Shown here: one piece after another, positions 38,101-48,964 of the stretch
Layout: each line of letters starts with the position of its first letter
How positions within the stretch are numbered: position 1 is the stretch's first letter
Source of the DNA: Cyanophora paradoxa CCMP329
Taxonomy: Eukaryota > Plantae > Glaucophyta
Assembly (NCBI GenBank): GCA_004431415.1
Contig: QPMI01000432.1
Location: 1-64,000, forward strand
Length of the DNA: 64,000 nt
Direction of reading: 5' to 3'
The notes under the pieces: generated by a model
Databases searched by the model: none
What the model was told of the DNA's origin: nothing
What the model saw: only the letters and a program-made list of their open reading frames with translations
Position numbers and translations under genes: made by a program

Positions 38101-41100
38101 GGGCAGCTGTGTGTTAGGGTCCATTGCAAACGTGGCCGCAGCTTCAGTGCGACCTGCTCGATAGGCCAGACAATACGAGCGGAAAATGACGTGCAATCCA
38201 AGAATCCGAACAACCTGCCACTCCCAGTTCTGCAAGAACATCCAGCTGTCAGCAAAACGGACCGAGCCAGTAAGCAACCAGGCAACAAAGCGAGCGGAAG
38301 GAATGGGCATCGGTTGGAGCTGCAGGGCATGGAAGATGAGCGACCAAAACTGCTGCACAACAGGGCAGAGAACGAAAACGTGCAGCGCATTGCAGCGCCG
38401 GTGGCAGACCGGACATAGCGAGGAGAGGAGCTCACTGTCAAGCAAATTTGCCGAAGCAGGACGCTGAAGAACAGAGCGCGCAGCCATATCAGCGATGCGG
38501 GACGATGTGCGAAGAGCGTTGTAGCGCAGTGCAAAGTAGCCATCAAGGACGCGCTGCGTGAGAGCATAGCGGAGGTCGGGAATCACCGTGTTGAACCAGG
38601 GAAAGCGATCAGTGCGCGCATCGTAGCCCGGCGGCCAGAGGAACTTTGGGGAGAGATCAGCACGCCACTTAGTCTCAGCGGTCGTCGGCGCCATGAAAGC
38701 GTGGGAGGAAAGGTACTTGTACACGTCGTGAACCGTGAAACGCGACGGGGCAGCAGGCAGCTTGTACGCAACCGACTTAGAGAGGCGCAGCTCTTCCTTT
38801 GAGCGATCATTGATGTTCTCACGGTCAGAGTGGAACGCAAACGTACGGGAAGACGACGGAGGCAGCGGACGGAGTGCAAGGTCGGAAAGCTGTAACGAGT
38901 TCATGAGGAACCGGACGAGTGCAGGCATGGGGGACAACTTGCAAGCATTCTTAACAAGGCTAAGCGCATGCGCAGGCACGGGAATGAAGTCGATCGCACG
39001 GGCCGCGGGCCGGATCGCAAGTACATCGGGGAGGGCAACGGGACTGTCAAGCGAAGTACTGCAGGGCACGTCAATCTCATGGAAAGCGAGCTGTGTGTCA
39101 GGAAGAAGGCGAACGCGACAGAGAGCTACGCCCTGAAGTGAGACGCGTTCAGCAGCAAGTTTCGAAAAAGGGCCAATAGCGAGACCTCCAGGTTCGTGTT
39201 TCCAGTCTGCAGTGCGACCACAGCGCCAGACCTCTTGTGCAAGTCGATTATTGAGCGCATGCAGCTGGTCGCGCAGTCGCATTGCAGCGCCGGTGGCAGA
39301 CCGGACATAGGGAGGAGAGGAGCTCACTGTCAAGCAAATTTGCCGAAGCAGGACGCTGAAGATCAGAGCGTGCAGCCATATCAGCGATGCGGGACGATGT
39401 GCGGAGAGCGTTGTAGCGCAGTGCAAAGTAGCCGTCAAGGACCCGCTGCGTGAGAGCGTAGCGGAGGTCGGGAATCACCGTGTTAAACCAGGGAAAGCGA
39501 TCAGTGCGCGCATCGTAGCCCGGCGGCCAGAGGAACTTTGGAGAGAGATCAGCACGCCACTTAGTCTCAGCGGTCGTCGGCGCCATGAAAGCGTGGGAGG
39601 AAAGGTACTTGTACACGTCGTGAACCGTGAAACGCGACGGGGCAGCAGGCAGTTTGTACGCAACCGACTTAGAGAGGCGCAGCTCTTCCTTTGAACGATC
39701 GCTGATGTTCTCGCGGTCAGAGTAGAACGCAAACGTACGGGAAGACGACGGTGGCAGCGGACGGAGTGCAAGGTCGGAAAGCTGCAACGAGTTCATGAGG
39801 AACCGGACGAGTGCGGGCATGGAGGACAACTTGCAAGCGTTCTTAACAAGGCTAAGCGCATGCGCAGGCACGGGAATGAAGTCGATCGCACGGGCCGCGG
39901 GCCGGATCGCAAGCACATCGGGGAGGGCAACGGGACTGTCAATCGAAACATTGCAGGGCACGTCAATCTCATGGAAAGCGAGCTGTGTGTCAGGAAGAAG
40001 GCGAACGCGACAGAGAGCTACTCCCTGGAGCGAGACGCGCTCAGCAGCAAGTTTCGAGAAAGGGCCAATAGCGAGACCTCCAGGTTCGTGTTTCCAGTCT
40101 GCAGTTTTACCACAACGCCAAACCTCTTGCGCAAGTCGATTATTGAGCGCATGCAGCTGGTCGCGCAGTTGCTCAGGATAGGAGGGCTCGACATAGAGAG
40201 TATGTTCACCAGAGAAATCCCAGATTTGATAGTTGAAACGGAAACGGAGACGGAAAAGCAGCAGAAAAGTAAAGTCACGCTCATAGTACATGTCTTTCTT
40301 ATACCAGGGGTGCATGATCGGCATACGCAGGAAATCCCAAGCGCAGCGGGGCTTCTTGACATCGAAAATAGTCCGCCAAGCTTCGAAGATGGCAAAGAAT
40401 GGGTCAGCAGGCGGGGGCCACAATGGCTTAACCAAGCGATCAGTCCTGTTGAGAAAAGGAAGCCAGAGCCCAAAGCCACTGTTTTCCGTGAAGGCCTCAA
40501 TAATTTCTCGACCAGGAAGCGCCGCCGGGGTAGCAAGCCACGATTCCAAAGAGTTTGCGGCGAAGGCCAGTTGGAAGTGTTCGGGGGAGGGCGCTCCGAG
40601 ACCACCGAGAGATACAGGCCGACAGGAGGCAGTGGTCATTCCCTGATGGGGTAAGATGAATGCATCGGAATACGTAGATCGCTTCCAGACAAAGGTCTGT
40701 AGATTCTTTGAAATAGCCCGGAGAATCTTAGGAGGTGCTGGGACTGCACGGATATAAAAGCTTAAGACGCCCTGACAAAAAGCATAGGCGATGCGACCAC
40801 GTCCAAGAAGGGATGACTGGAAATCAACTGCTGTCTCCATAAAGAAGGTTGCTTTATGCTGAATCATGTTCCAGGACGGATGGTGCTCGCGATCAAGAAG
40901 GAGCTGATGAGGGAAACCAAGCTGCTTATGACAGGCAGGATCGAGCTCAGTAGCGCGAAGAACAGGGAACGGTAGGGGATCAGCAGGATCGAGGTCCAAC
41001 GGCGAGGCAGCAGGTTCCCGCAAGACGATGGCCAGAGATTTTTCCATGGAGAGATGCTGACCGGACAGTGGCTTGAAAGAGCCAAAACGTGCATGGATGG

Positions 41101-41850
41101 CTAAGAGAGAGTCACGCAGAGATAGCCCCTGGGCGCGGAGCAGGAACAGCTGATAAATATCGTCAGCAAACTGGACAAGGGGGGTGCCAACGGGGCGGGG
41201 TATATCAGTGAGTGAGAGCAAGAGAGAACGTAGAGGGCTGATTGAGAGGATGAAGGAAACCGGGCTCCAGGGACCACCTTGAATGGTGCCCACCAGACGT
41301 GAGAACACAGAAGAGAAGAGCCCATTCGCAAATACACGTGCACGGAGGGGGGCTCTAGGGTTGTACAGACAATGGTGCATCCGTCGGATAAGCCAGGGCC
41401 ATTGTTGAATATGGAGAACGAGCGCCATTATTACCCAAAGCAACAGATCGTATGCGGACTTAAGATCCGAGTCGAATCCAATAACATAGTCATAATTGGC
41501 GTAGCGGATGCGTGCATACGTTGCCAGCACCGCAAAGATGTTTTTATGAACGTCCCGACCTTGCACGAAACCGAACTGATCTTCAGGAACGATGAGTTGC
41601 AGGATCGGGTTAGCTATTGTAACCATCGTCCTCTCAAATAGGCGCAAGAGTGTGTTAGAGACTCCAATAGGTCGATATTTTGAGGCATCTGTGGGCAAGC
41701 CCGACCGCTTCCAGATGAAAGTGTAGGTCAAGTCGCGCATAAAATCAGGAAGGAAGCCTTGAACAGCGATCTTTTGAAAGTAAGCAGCCAAGAAGACAGA
41801 CCAAGGCTTAATGTGCATCTTAAAGACGCCAACAGGTATCCCATCCGCCA
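35133..41850 (-). mobile_element. LINE-A: 5'-truncated L1/Tx1-like non-LTR retrotransposon with (CTT)n tail (host copy = 41850-39278 plus 36753-35133)
   Basis: RT ORF, a zf-RVT-type CPVCHRRCNALHVFVLC motif, an acidic Pro-rich C-terminus ending at TGA 35404, about 270 nt of 3' UTR, and a (CTT)n tail at 35133-35146. Confidence 0.92.
36754..39277 (-). mobile_element. Second 5'-truncated LINE-A copy nested in the host LINE-A, same orientation, 9-bp TSD
   Basis: Has its own (CTT)n tail at 36754. TSD CGCATTGCA at 36745-36753 and 39278-39286. The unduplicated site is visible at 38386-38394. Confidence 0.92.
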
Positions 41851-41851
41851 A
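39278..41851 (-). CDS. Non-LTR reverse transcriptase (ORF2 fragment; endonuclease region lost, interrupted at the zinc finger)
   Basis: DGIP; KYRPIGVSNTLLRLF; QFGFVQGR; DLKSAYD; GTIQGGPWSPVSF; QFADD; LSMEKS; LGGLGAP. Confidence 0.92.
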
Positions 41852-42109
41852 GACGCCAAAGACGCCAACGCCTTAAAGACGCCGATCAAGGGCGCGCAGG
41901 GACGCAAGCGGAAAACACGTCATGCTAGGCGTATTGACACATAGATAGGGAGCGGCTGCAGGGATAGGTGTCCGAGGGACAGGAATAGGTGCCTTTCGGC
42001 AGATTGCAGGTGCCAGACGGCAGGAGAGTCTCAAAACGAAGCACACAACAAGGATAAGTGCGCACCGCGCTCTGCGCTGCTGCTGCTGTGCTGCTGCGTG
42101 CCTCGCCAG

Positions 42110-43116
42110 ATCCGGGGGGGTACTACTTTCTGCCAACTAAATTTCCAGCCTTGCAATTGGTCTGCTGTGTCTGCCTCATCTTTCCACTGCCGCTTTACTT
42201 TGCTTGTAGAGGTTCCTGCTACTCACCCTATTCACTTGGCCTCTCGTGGGCAGTATGACAAGCTGAAGTCTTCCTCTGGTAATCCTATTAAGCTTCAGTC
42301 CATTGGCTTGCAGGGCCTTCATGGTGTTGGTCGATTTCATGTCAATTCCCCTCGTCCTGATTTAACTAGCGTCCCTACTGGGCCGCCGTTGCTGATCCTG
42401 CTCGCTCTTCCAACATGTCTTATTTTTCTGCAAATACTGTAGCCAATTGCGGCCTCCCTGCTGTCCAGGAGTGTACCGATCATTCCCATCCCCTTCATAC
42501 TGCTTATTATTCCACTAGGGCTCTTTCTGACTCTCGCATTTTGTATCACTTCCACCGTGTTCCAACTTTCTATTTTTTTGCCTGCTTCTGTTTCCGAGGC
42601 CATTAAGGCTTTCCACATTAAGCAAAAGGGTCAGCATGTCGCAAACATCATAACTCGTGAAGCTCGTCAGTCTGCTTCGGCTTCTTCTTCTCGTCCCCAT
42701 CATTCTCCATCTTCTCCGCCTAATTGTGGCCACTCTTCTGGTGGGAGCCATGGCTCTCATGATGATGGTATGGATGAGGCTGTCTTGTAAATCAATTGCA
42801 TTTGACACTGCTTCTGTTTTTATCCTGTGGGCTGCCACCCTCAATACCCCGGGCGGCTCGATAGGGAGCGGGTCGTTCCGGGATTCGAGGTTTTCCATGG
42901 TGGGGGCCCTGTGGCTCTCTGCCTGGTTGCTCTCTTTTTGCTCTTTCGGCGCAGGGGCTTCGGCCCCTGCCCCTCTCGGTGCGTACACACATCACTACCT
43001 GTGCCAGGAAGGTCCCTGGCGTGCCTTGGACGTCCCTTTTGGGGCCTCTGCGGGGCTGCTATACCTTGGCACCCTGGTCCACGGGCGTGTCTTTTGCTTC
43101 ATCTCTCTCTCTCTCT
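42110..43116 (+). mobile_element. LINE-B 3' portion with (CT)n tail (start approximate)
   Basis: Degenerate ORF end ..HDDGMDEAVL-TAA (42790). The 3' UTR ends CCACGGGCGTGTCTTTTGCTTCA(TC)n. Homologous to 47650-48006. Confidence 0.7.
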
Positions 43117-43119
43117 CAT

Positions 43120-43776
43120 TGTTATTTTCAAGAAGCACCATATATAGGAGAATCTGGGGAACCTGGGTCATTTGAGATCCATAGAGGAAGAAAAAGAGTA
43201 TGTATGAAAACACACCTGAGCCTTCGAGATCCATGAGATCCTGTTTTCTATTTCTTGAGCTCTACTGCTCGTGAGGAGATCATTCGTTTCCATTCCATTC
43301 AGCGAGCTTTTGCCACTGCTCAGCAGATTACTCGTGAGTCCGCAGCACCGGCTCAGGCCCAATCTTCTGAACCTGCTAATAAGCGCACCCATCTTTCTGA
43401 TCCTGAGTCTAATGGCTCCTCTGTTGGTATGGCAGATGCTGCTTTTAATGAGTAATCCTGTGTCACTTATGAGCTTGTGTCTTTCTTTTGCCCGGGGCAA
43501 ACCCTGATACCCTCGGGCCGCCCGACAGGGAGCGGGCCGTCACGGGGATTCAGGCTCTTCCTCTGTGGCGCCGTCGGGTGTCCACATAGGTTGGCTTTCC
43601 ATTCTGCTGGCGCCCTGGGGGTGGTGGCCCAGGGTCCTGTACGTGGCTTCCACTCACTCCCCACGCTAGTGGGTCCCTGACGGGCCTTGCACGTCCCATT
43701 CGGGGCCTCTGCGGCTTTGTCATACCCAGTCTTGCTGGCGTGGATGTGTCTACTGCATTTCTCTCTTATTTTTTTT
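43120..43776 (+). mobile_element. LINE-C 3' portion with T-rich tail
   Basis: ORF end REEIIRFHSIQRAFATAQQITRES..FNE-TAA resembles LINE-B SEAIKAFHIKQKGQHVANIITREA. The 3' UTR shares GTCCC(A/T)TT(C/T)GGGGCCTCTGCGG with LINE-B. Another end at about 34952-35024. Confidence 0.6.
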
Positions 43777-44897
43777 ATAAAATCCTTTGCCTGTCCTGGG
43801 CATAAAATCCTTTTTTTTGAAAGTCTGCTGCATTCGTACACACTTGACAACAGTCCCCCGCTCCGGCGGCTCCACGCCTACCGGATACTGAGATGCTGAC
43901 TGCAAGAGGAGATAGATAACAAGAGTGCTACAGCTAGTAGTCGTGTCGAGCTAGTGCCTTAGCTGTAGTCTACCGAGTCGTCTCCAGAACATAATATGCG
44001 CCGGTCCTCTAGCAGTGAGCGCGGCAGAAAGATGTAGGCCCAGAAAACCGGAGCCCCGTTAGTTAGGGCCCGGATGAAAAACTGGTGGTCGCGCAGCAAG
44101 AGCCGCGCTCCTCAGCCGCCTCCACGGCGAGCGCTGAGTCCAGAGTCGCCGCCAGCCGCCGAGCTGCAGCGCCGCGCAGCGAGCCGCGCGTCAACATCGC
44201 GGGCAGCTGCAGCTGGGCGCGGCATCGCCAATGCCCGGCGGGAACCCAGGCTGGTCGGCGGGAGCCGAGCAGCACGCCATCTCCTCCAGAGCCCGAGCAC
44301 CGCGCCCTTCTCTGCGTCGCTCCTCCTACTGCCGCGGCCAGCTTGGTCCGCCCTCGCTAGATTTGCGCCTAGACATGCTGGAACGCGCGGGCGCTGTTGC
44401 GCAGAGCGGCGCCGACGCAGAGAAGCCCGAACTAGAGGCAATGAGCACTGCTGAGACCGCTGATCTGACCTGGGGGCCGCACGCCCAACCGCGCCCGCCG
44501 ACGAACGAATCGCCTAACGGACACTGCGGCTAAGCGGCTAGAAGCGCTTCTAGACCTTACTGAGGCGACCTGTGCCCTCCGGGCGCGCGCCCGGCGGGCG
44601 CTTCTCCCGCCCCGCCGACCTACGTTGCGCGCCCTTCCCGGGGTACAGAATCCCTGGGCATAAAATCCTGTACAGCTAGCTGGACATGTAGCTTAGATTC
44701 TCCAGTGTACTCTGTCAAGTGCACATGATGTTGGACGAGTCTCTTTTCTGGTTTCCCCCTGAAATTTTACAGGGGTCACAGGGGCTGCGTCAAAGACCAC
44801 AAACTCATTGAGGAACTCTTTACAGTTGAACACCATCAATTGCAAGCATATAGGACATGAGCGGCTGATACCTGAACTCATAGAGACAGCTGGTTGG

Positions 44898-44945
44898 AAG
44901 AGAAGAAGAAGAAGAGTATGTATAAGACACGCCCAAGCCAGCCAT
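44898..44945 (-). mobile_element. Very short LINE-A 3' end (another at about 48612-48692)
   Basis: GAAGAAGAAGAGTATGTATAAGACACGCCCAAGCC on the plus strand. Confidence 0.75.
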
Positions 44946-45199
44946 GCCTTCGCATCTGCAGCTTTGCTACTCTTTGTCCGACCCATCCTCTTTTCCTCTT
45001 TGCTTCACTTGTCCGACCCATCCTCTCTTCCTACAAGCAGACCGCGCCCGGCCCTGTGCAAATGCGGCAAGTGCGGGCCGCGCGCGGAGGTGCAAGGGGG
45101 GGTACTGGTACACATTGCAGGGTACTTGGGGGGGAGGCGGGGGGCGCAGGGGAGGGGGGCTGAAGGGGCAGCTAGAGAGGCATGCGGAAGGCGGGCAGC

Positions 45200-46968
45200 C
45201 GGGCGAGGCGGGCGGGGTGGCGAGGCGGGTAGGTGGGGTGGCGACGCTGGCGGCGCGCGGCGGCGGTGGGCGGGGAAGCGGGATCCGAAGGAGAGACAGG
45301 TGGCGCCGGGCCCTGGGCGTAGCCTGCGCATGCGCAGAACCGAGGCGTCAGCTCGCCCCGGACAGCGGCCGTGCGGGGGCGGGGCCCAGCGGGGGCGGCC
45401 GGGCCAGGTGCGCAGCAGCAGCGGCGGAGCGAACCTGGAGTCGACGAAGCTGAAGCAGCCGGCAGGGCGGCGGGCGAGGAAGCGGGCGGAGCGGCAGGTG
45501 GCGCCGGGCCCTGCGCGTATACGTCAGCTCGCCCCGGACAGCGGCGGTGCCGGCGCGGGGCCCAGCGAGGTCGGCCGGGTGACCCGCGTGGCAGCAGCGG
45601 CGCCGGCGGGGCGAACCTGGACTCGGGTCCTGGAGTCGACGAAGCTGAAGCAGCCGGCAGGGCGGCGGGTGGGGAAGCGGGCGGAGCGGCAGGTGGCGCC
45701 GGGCCCTGCGCGTAGCCTGCGTATGCGCAGAACCGAGGCGTCAGCTCGCCCCGGACAGCGGCCGTGCGGGGGCGGGGCCCAGCGGGGGCGGCCGGGTCAG
45801 GTGCGAAGCAGCAGCGGCGGGGAGAACCTGGAGTCGACGGAGCTGAAGCAGCCGGTGGGGCGGCGGGCGGGAAAGCGGGAGGAGAGGTAGGTGGCGCCGG
45901 GACCTGCGCATAGCCTGCACATGCGCAGAGCCGAGGCGTCAGCTCGCCCGGGACAGCGGCCGTGCGGGGGCGGGGCCCAGCGGGGGCGGCTGGGCCAGGT
46001 GCGCAGCAGCAGCGGCGGGGCGAACCTGGAGTCGACGGAGCTGAAGCAGCCGGCGGGCGGCGAAGCTGAAGCTGCCGGCGGGGCGGCGGGCGAGGAAGCG
46101 GGCGGAGCGGCAGGTGGCGCCGGGCCCTGCGCATAGCCTGCGCAGGGCCGAGGCGTCAGCTCTCCCCGGAGAGCCGTGGCGCGGGGGCGGGGCTAGCCCG
46201 GCGCCGCCCGGCCCAAGCTCGAGGCCCCACCGGAGAAGTGGGAGCGCAACTCACCGTGGGGCTGAGAAGAAGATGCGCATGAGAAGCTGTTCGACGACAG
46301 GCCGCGATCTGCAACCGGGCGCCCAGTCAGAGAGGTGGCCGCGCGCGCCGCACGAGCTCTTGGCGCTAGTTGTGCGGCCGGCGCGCGAGCTCGCCTTCTG
46401 GTTGAGAAGAAGAAGAAGTGCTCGAAGCGACAGCAGACGGCAGGCCGCGATCTGCAACCGGGCGCCCAGTCAGAGAGGTGGCCGCGCGCGGCGCACGCCC
46501 TACAGCGCGCGAGCTCGCCTTCCGGATGGGATCTAGAAGATGCGCAAGACGAATTGCTCAACGACATGGCAAGATCTGCACCCGAGCGGCCTTGTCAGAG
46601 CCGTCGGCGAGCTCGAGTGTGCATGCCCAGCTCGGGATTGCCGGGAGGCGCGCGAGCTCACCTAGGCGCGCGAGCAAGAGCGTGGAATGTCTGAAACGAT
46701 CGCAATCGCCGAGCTCGGATCTTGCGGGCGGCGGGCGCGGGGCACTCAGAACCATCGGCGCACACTCGAGCTCGGCCAAGCGGCGCGCACCGGAAAGCGG
46801 CGTCGCGGGCGCCTTCTTTCTGCACTGACGAATGTGCTTGTACAGGTTGTCCTGCCGAGTGAAGTGCTTCCCGCAGCCGCGGGGGTCGGAGCAAGGACGC
46901 GAGCTCGAGCACAGCTCAACTTCAGTTGCGACTACGTCTGTCGGCCGCGGCCCCGGGCGAAGGGCCAT
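45200..46968 (-). CDS. Zinc-finger protein (C2H2-like, C2HC ligands) with tandemly repeated Pro/Ala/Ser exons (ends approximate)
   Basis: CSDPRGCGKHFTRQDNLYKHIRQC at about 46820-46893, and repeated exon [29 protein letters not shown]. Confidence 0.5.
45299..46170. repeat. Tandem repeat of about 195-220 bp, about 4.5 units, each one exon plus one intron
   Basis: GGTGGCGCCGGG(C/A)CCTG recurs at 45299, 45497, 45692, 45891 and 46112. Confidence 0.9.
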
Positions 46969-47479
46969 GACGACGCAGGAGATTCTGAGGAGAACGAAGT
47001 ACGGGTACGGCAGGGGGGTGCACTTGCAGGGGGGTGCGTCAAAGCGAATTCCACAAACTCTCAGGAGCGCTTTTTTCCGGCGCCCGGTACAACAGGTACC
47101 TAAGGCGGTCTAGCGCGACGCACGCCGCTTCTCGAGCCCGGGCATGTATGACAAAGTTTGTAGAACGCATCGAGAGCAATCAGGAGCACGTGGTCCGGCG
47201 CGTATAGCAATAGCAGGTGAGGCGCGACCTCGACATGTTTGCGCAGCCCCGCCCCTGCATTGTTTTTCGCCGCTCGCAGCGGCTACGATGCGATCACACC
47301 TATACGAGAGTGCATGCAAAGAATCGCATCTTAGAAAAATTGCTAACACAGAAAGTACGCCGCACCAACTCACCAGGGGAGCAAGGGAGGGGGTACCCCC
47401 CCTTGCAATTTGCCTTTCTTTTTGGATCTTGATTCGTCTCTAAATCTCAATTCATTTTCGTGTGTGCCATATTTCCTTT

Positions 47480-48006
47480 CGTGTCTGCTGCCATGCTTTT
47501 GTTTTAGCTTGCACTGAACATGCCCGTTCACCCCATTTTCTTCAATTGCATGGCCCATCAGTCTGTTGCTGGTTCTTCCGGATCCTCTCGTGGCCATCAC
47601 TCTGCTTCTCCACTGTGTAAGCTAGGCCGTTTTCGATGAGAGCTATACCATGATTGCATGGATGATGATGGCGCTGTCTTGTGATTCAATTGCGCTTGAA
47701 CCTGCCTCTGTTTCAATTTTGTGGGTAGCCACCCTCAATACCCTGGGCGGCTCGATAGAGAGCGGGTCGTTCCGGGATTCAGGGTTTTCCATGGCGGGGA
47801 CCCTGTGGGTCTCTGCATGGTTGCTCTCCCTTTGCTCTTTTGGCGCAGGGGCTTCGGCCCCTGCCCCTAGCGGTGCGTACGCACAACACTACCTGTGCCA
47901 GGAAGGTCCCTGGCGTGCCTTGCAGGTCCCTTTCGGGGCCTCTGCGGGGCTGCTATACCTTGTCACCCTGGTCCACGGGCGTGTCTTTTGCTTCATCTCT
48001 CTCTCT
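47480..48006 (+). mobile_element. LINE-B 3' portion, second copy (start approximate)
   Basis: Colinear with 42760-43116, including the (CT)n tail. Confidence 0.75.
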
Positions 48007-48964
48007 AGAGGTCGTTGCTTCAAACCACATCATTCCTGATGCTGATATTGATGATGCAAGTTTTCCTCCGTTTTGTTTTTGTAATCCCTAGTGTATTAGG
48101 GGACTGATGTTTTAAGTTGATAAACAGCTAGTGCTATCTGCCTACCCTAGGCTCTTTTTGGGCTCTTCTATTACTGCTGAACAGTCGCTGTCCCAATCCA
48201 AGCCATCTTGGATTCACCCTCAGACTCAGGAAGCTTTTCCGATCAATCCTTGCCAGTGTGATGTTTGTCGCTTTCACTTCCACCCAGAGCTCCAGCTTGG
48301 TGCAATTAATGCTTTTCTGGCCCAGCACCGCTCCATGAATGACTCTCTTTGACTTTCTCCCTGATACACATGTAGTACAAAGGCTCTTGTCATTTCTTCT
48401 GGTATGAGTTTGGCTACCAGCCTCCTACCTCTGCAATGTCTGAGGCAGATGAATCTTTGAATTCGAACCATGTCGGCTTATTTTCGCGCGACGACTTTAT
48501 CACTGAAATTCTTCGCTTCCAGCATGCCCTTCAGGAGCCTGAATCCATTTTCCTGTCCATCTCTGCAGCCTTGGCTCCCCGCTGGCGGACCGACAAAACT
48601 CGGCCTATCTCAGAAGAAGAAGAGTATGTATAAGACACGCCCAAGCCAGCCGAATGGTTATGACGAAAGGCGAAGGACCCAAAGGCCCAAGGCATAATCT
48701 CTCTCTCTGATGCTCCACCCCCCGTCAGGGGACCCTGGGCCGGCGGCGGGGGGGCCGAATCAGAGAGAGCGGACGGCCTTAGCCTACAAACACACGACAA
48801 GTCTAGCTTTCCTCCCCTTCATTGGGTCTCCAGCTAGACTAACCCCGAGGGAATCTCCCTACTGCGAGCCCTACCCCCTGAGGCCACTCTTGCGGCTCTC
48901 AGTGGGGCCTCCCCCAGCGGCTGCGCAAGCGCGGCGGATGACGCTGAGGTTGACCCGGATTTGC

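Larger units (their letters stand above)
45030..47408 (-). mobile_element. Candidate non-autonomous Helitron2/Helentron-like element
   Basis: Perfect 15-bp asymmetric inverted repeat TGCAAGGGGGGGTAC (45091-45105 / 47393-47407). 5' terminal hairpin at 47381-47406. GC-rich 3' hairpin at 45042-45087, about 11 nt from a TAG(G) end. No Rep/helicase coding seen. Confidence 0.45.

Noticed and set aside
40900-40925. Hammerhead-like CTGATGA-GG-GAAAC
   Set aside because: There is no room for stem II and no flanking stems. It is the antisense of RT codons LGFPHQL.
39248-41851. Retron, DGR or group II intron RT system
   Set aside because: The RT has non-LTR features (DGIP and YRPI upstream motifs, zf-RVT, 3' tail, TSD, 5' truncation). 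The repeated segments are element copies, not a TR/VR pair.
45299-46170. CRISPR-like or ncRNA array
   Set aside because: The units are contiguous tandem copies with no unique spacers, they parse as exon plus intron, and no cas genes are present.
45030-47408. Fanzor/TnpB cargo in the Helitron2-like element
   Set aside because: No RuvC motifs or TnpB-type zinc ribbon are recognisable in any frame.
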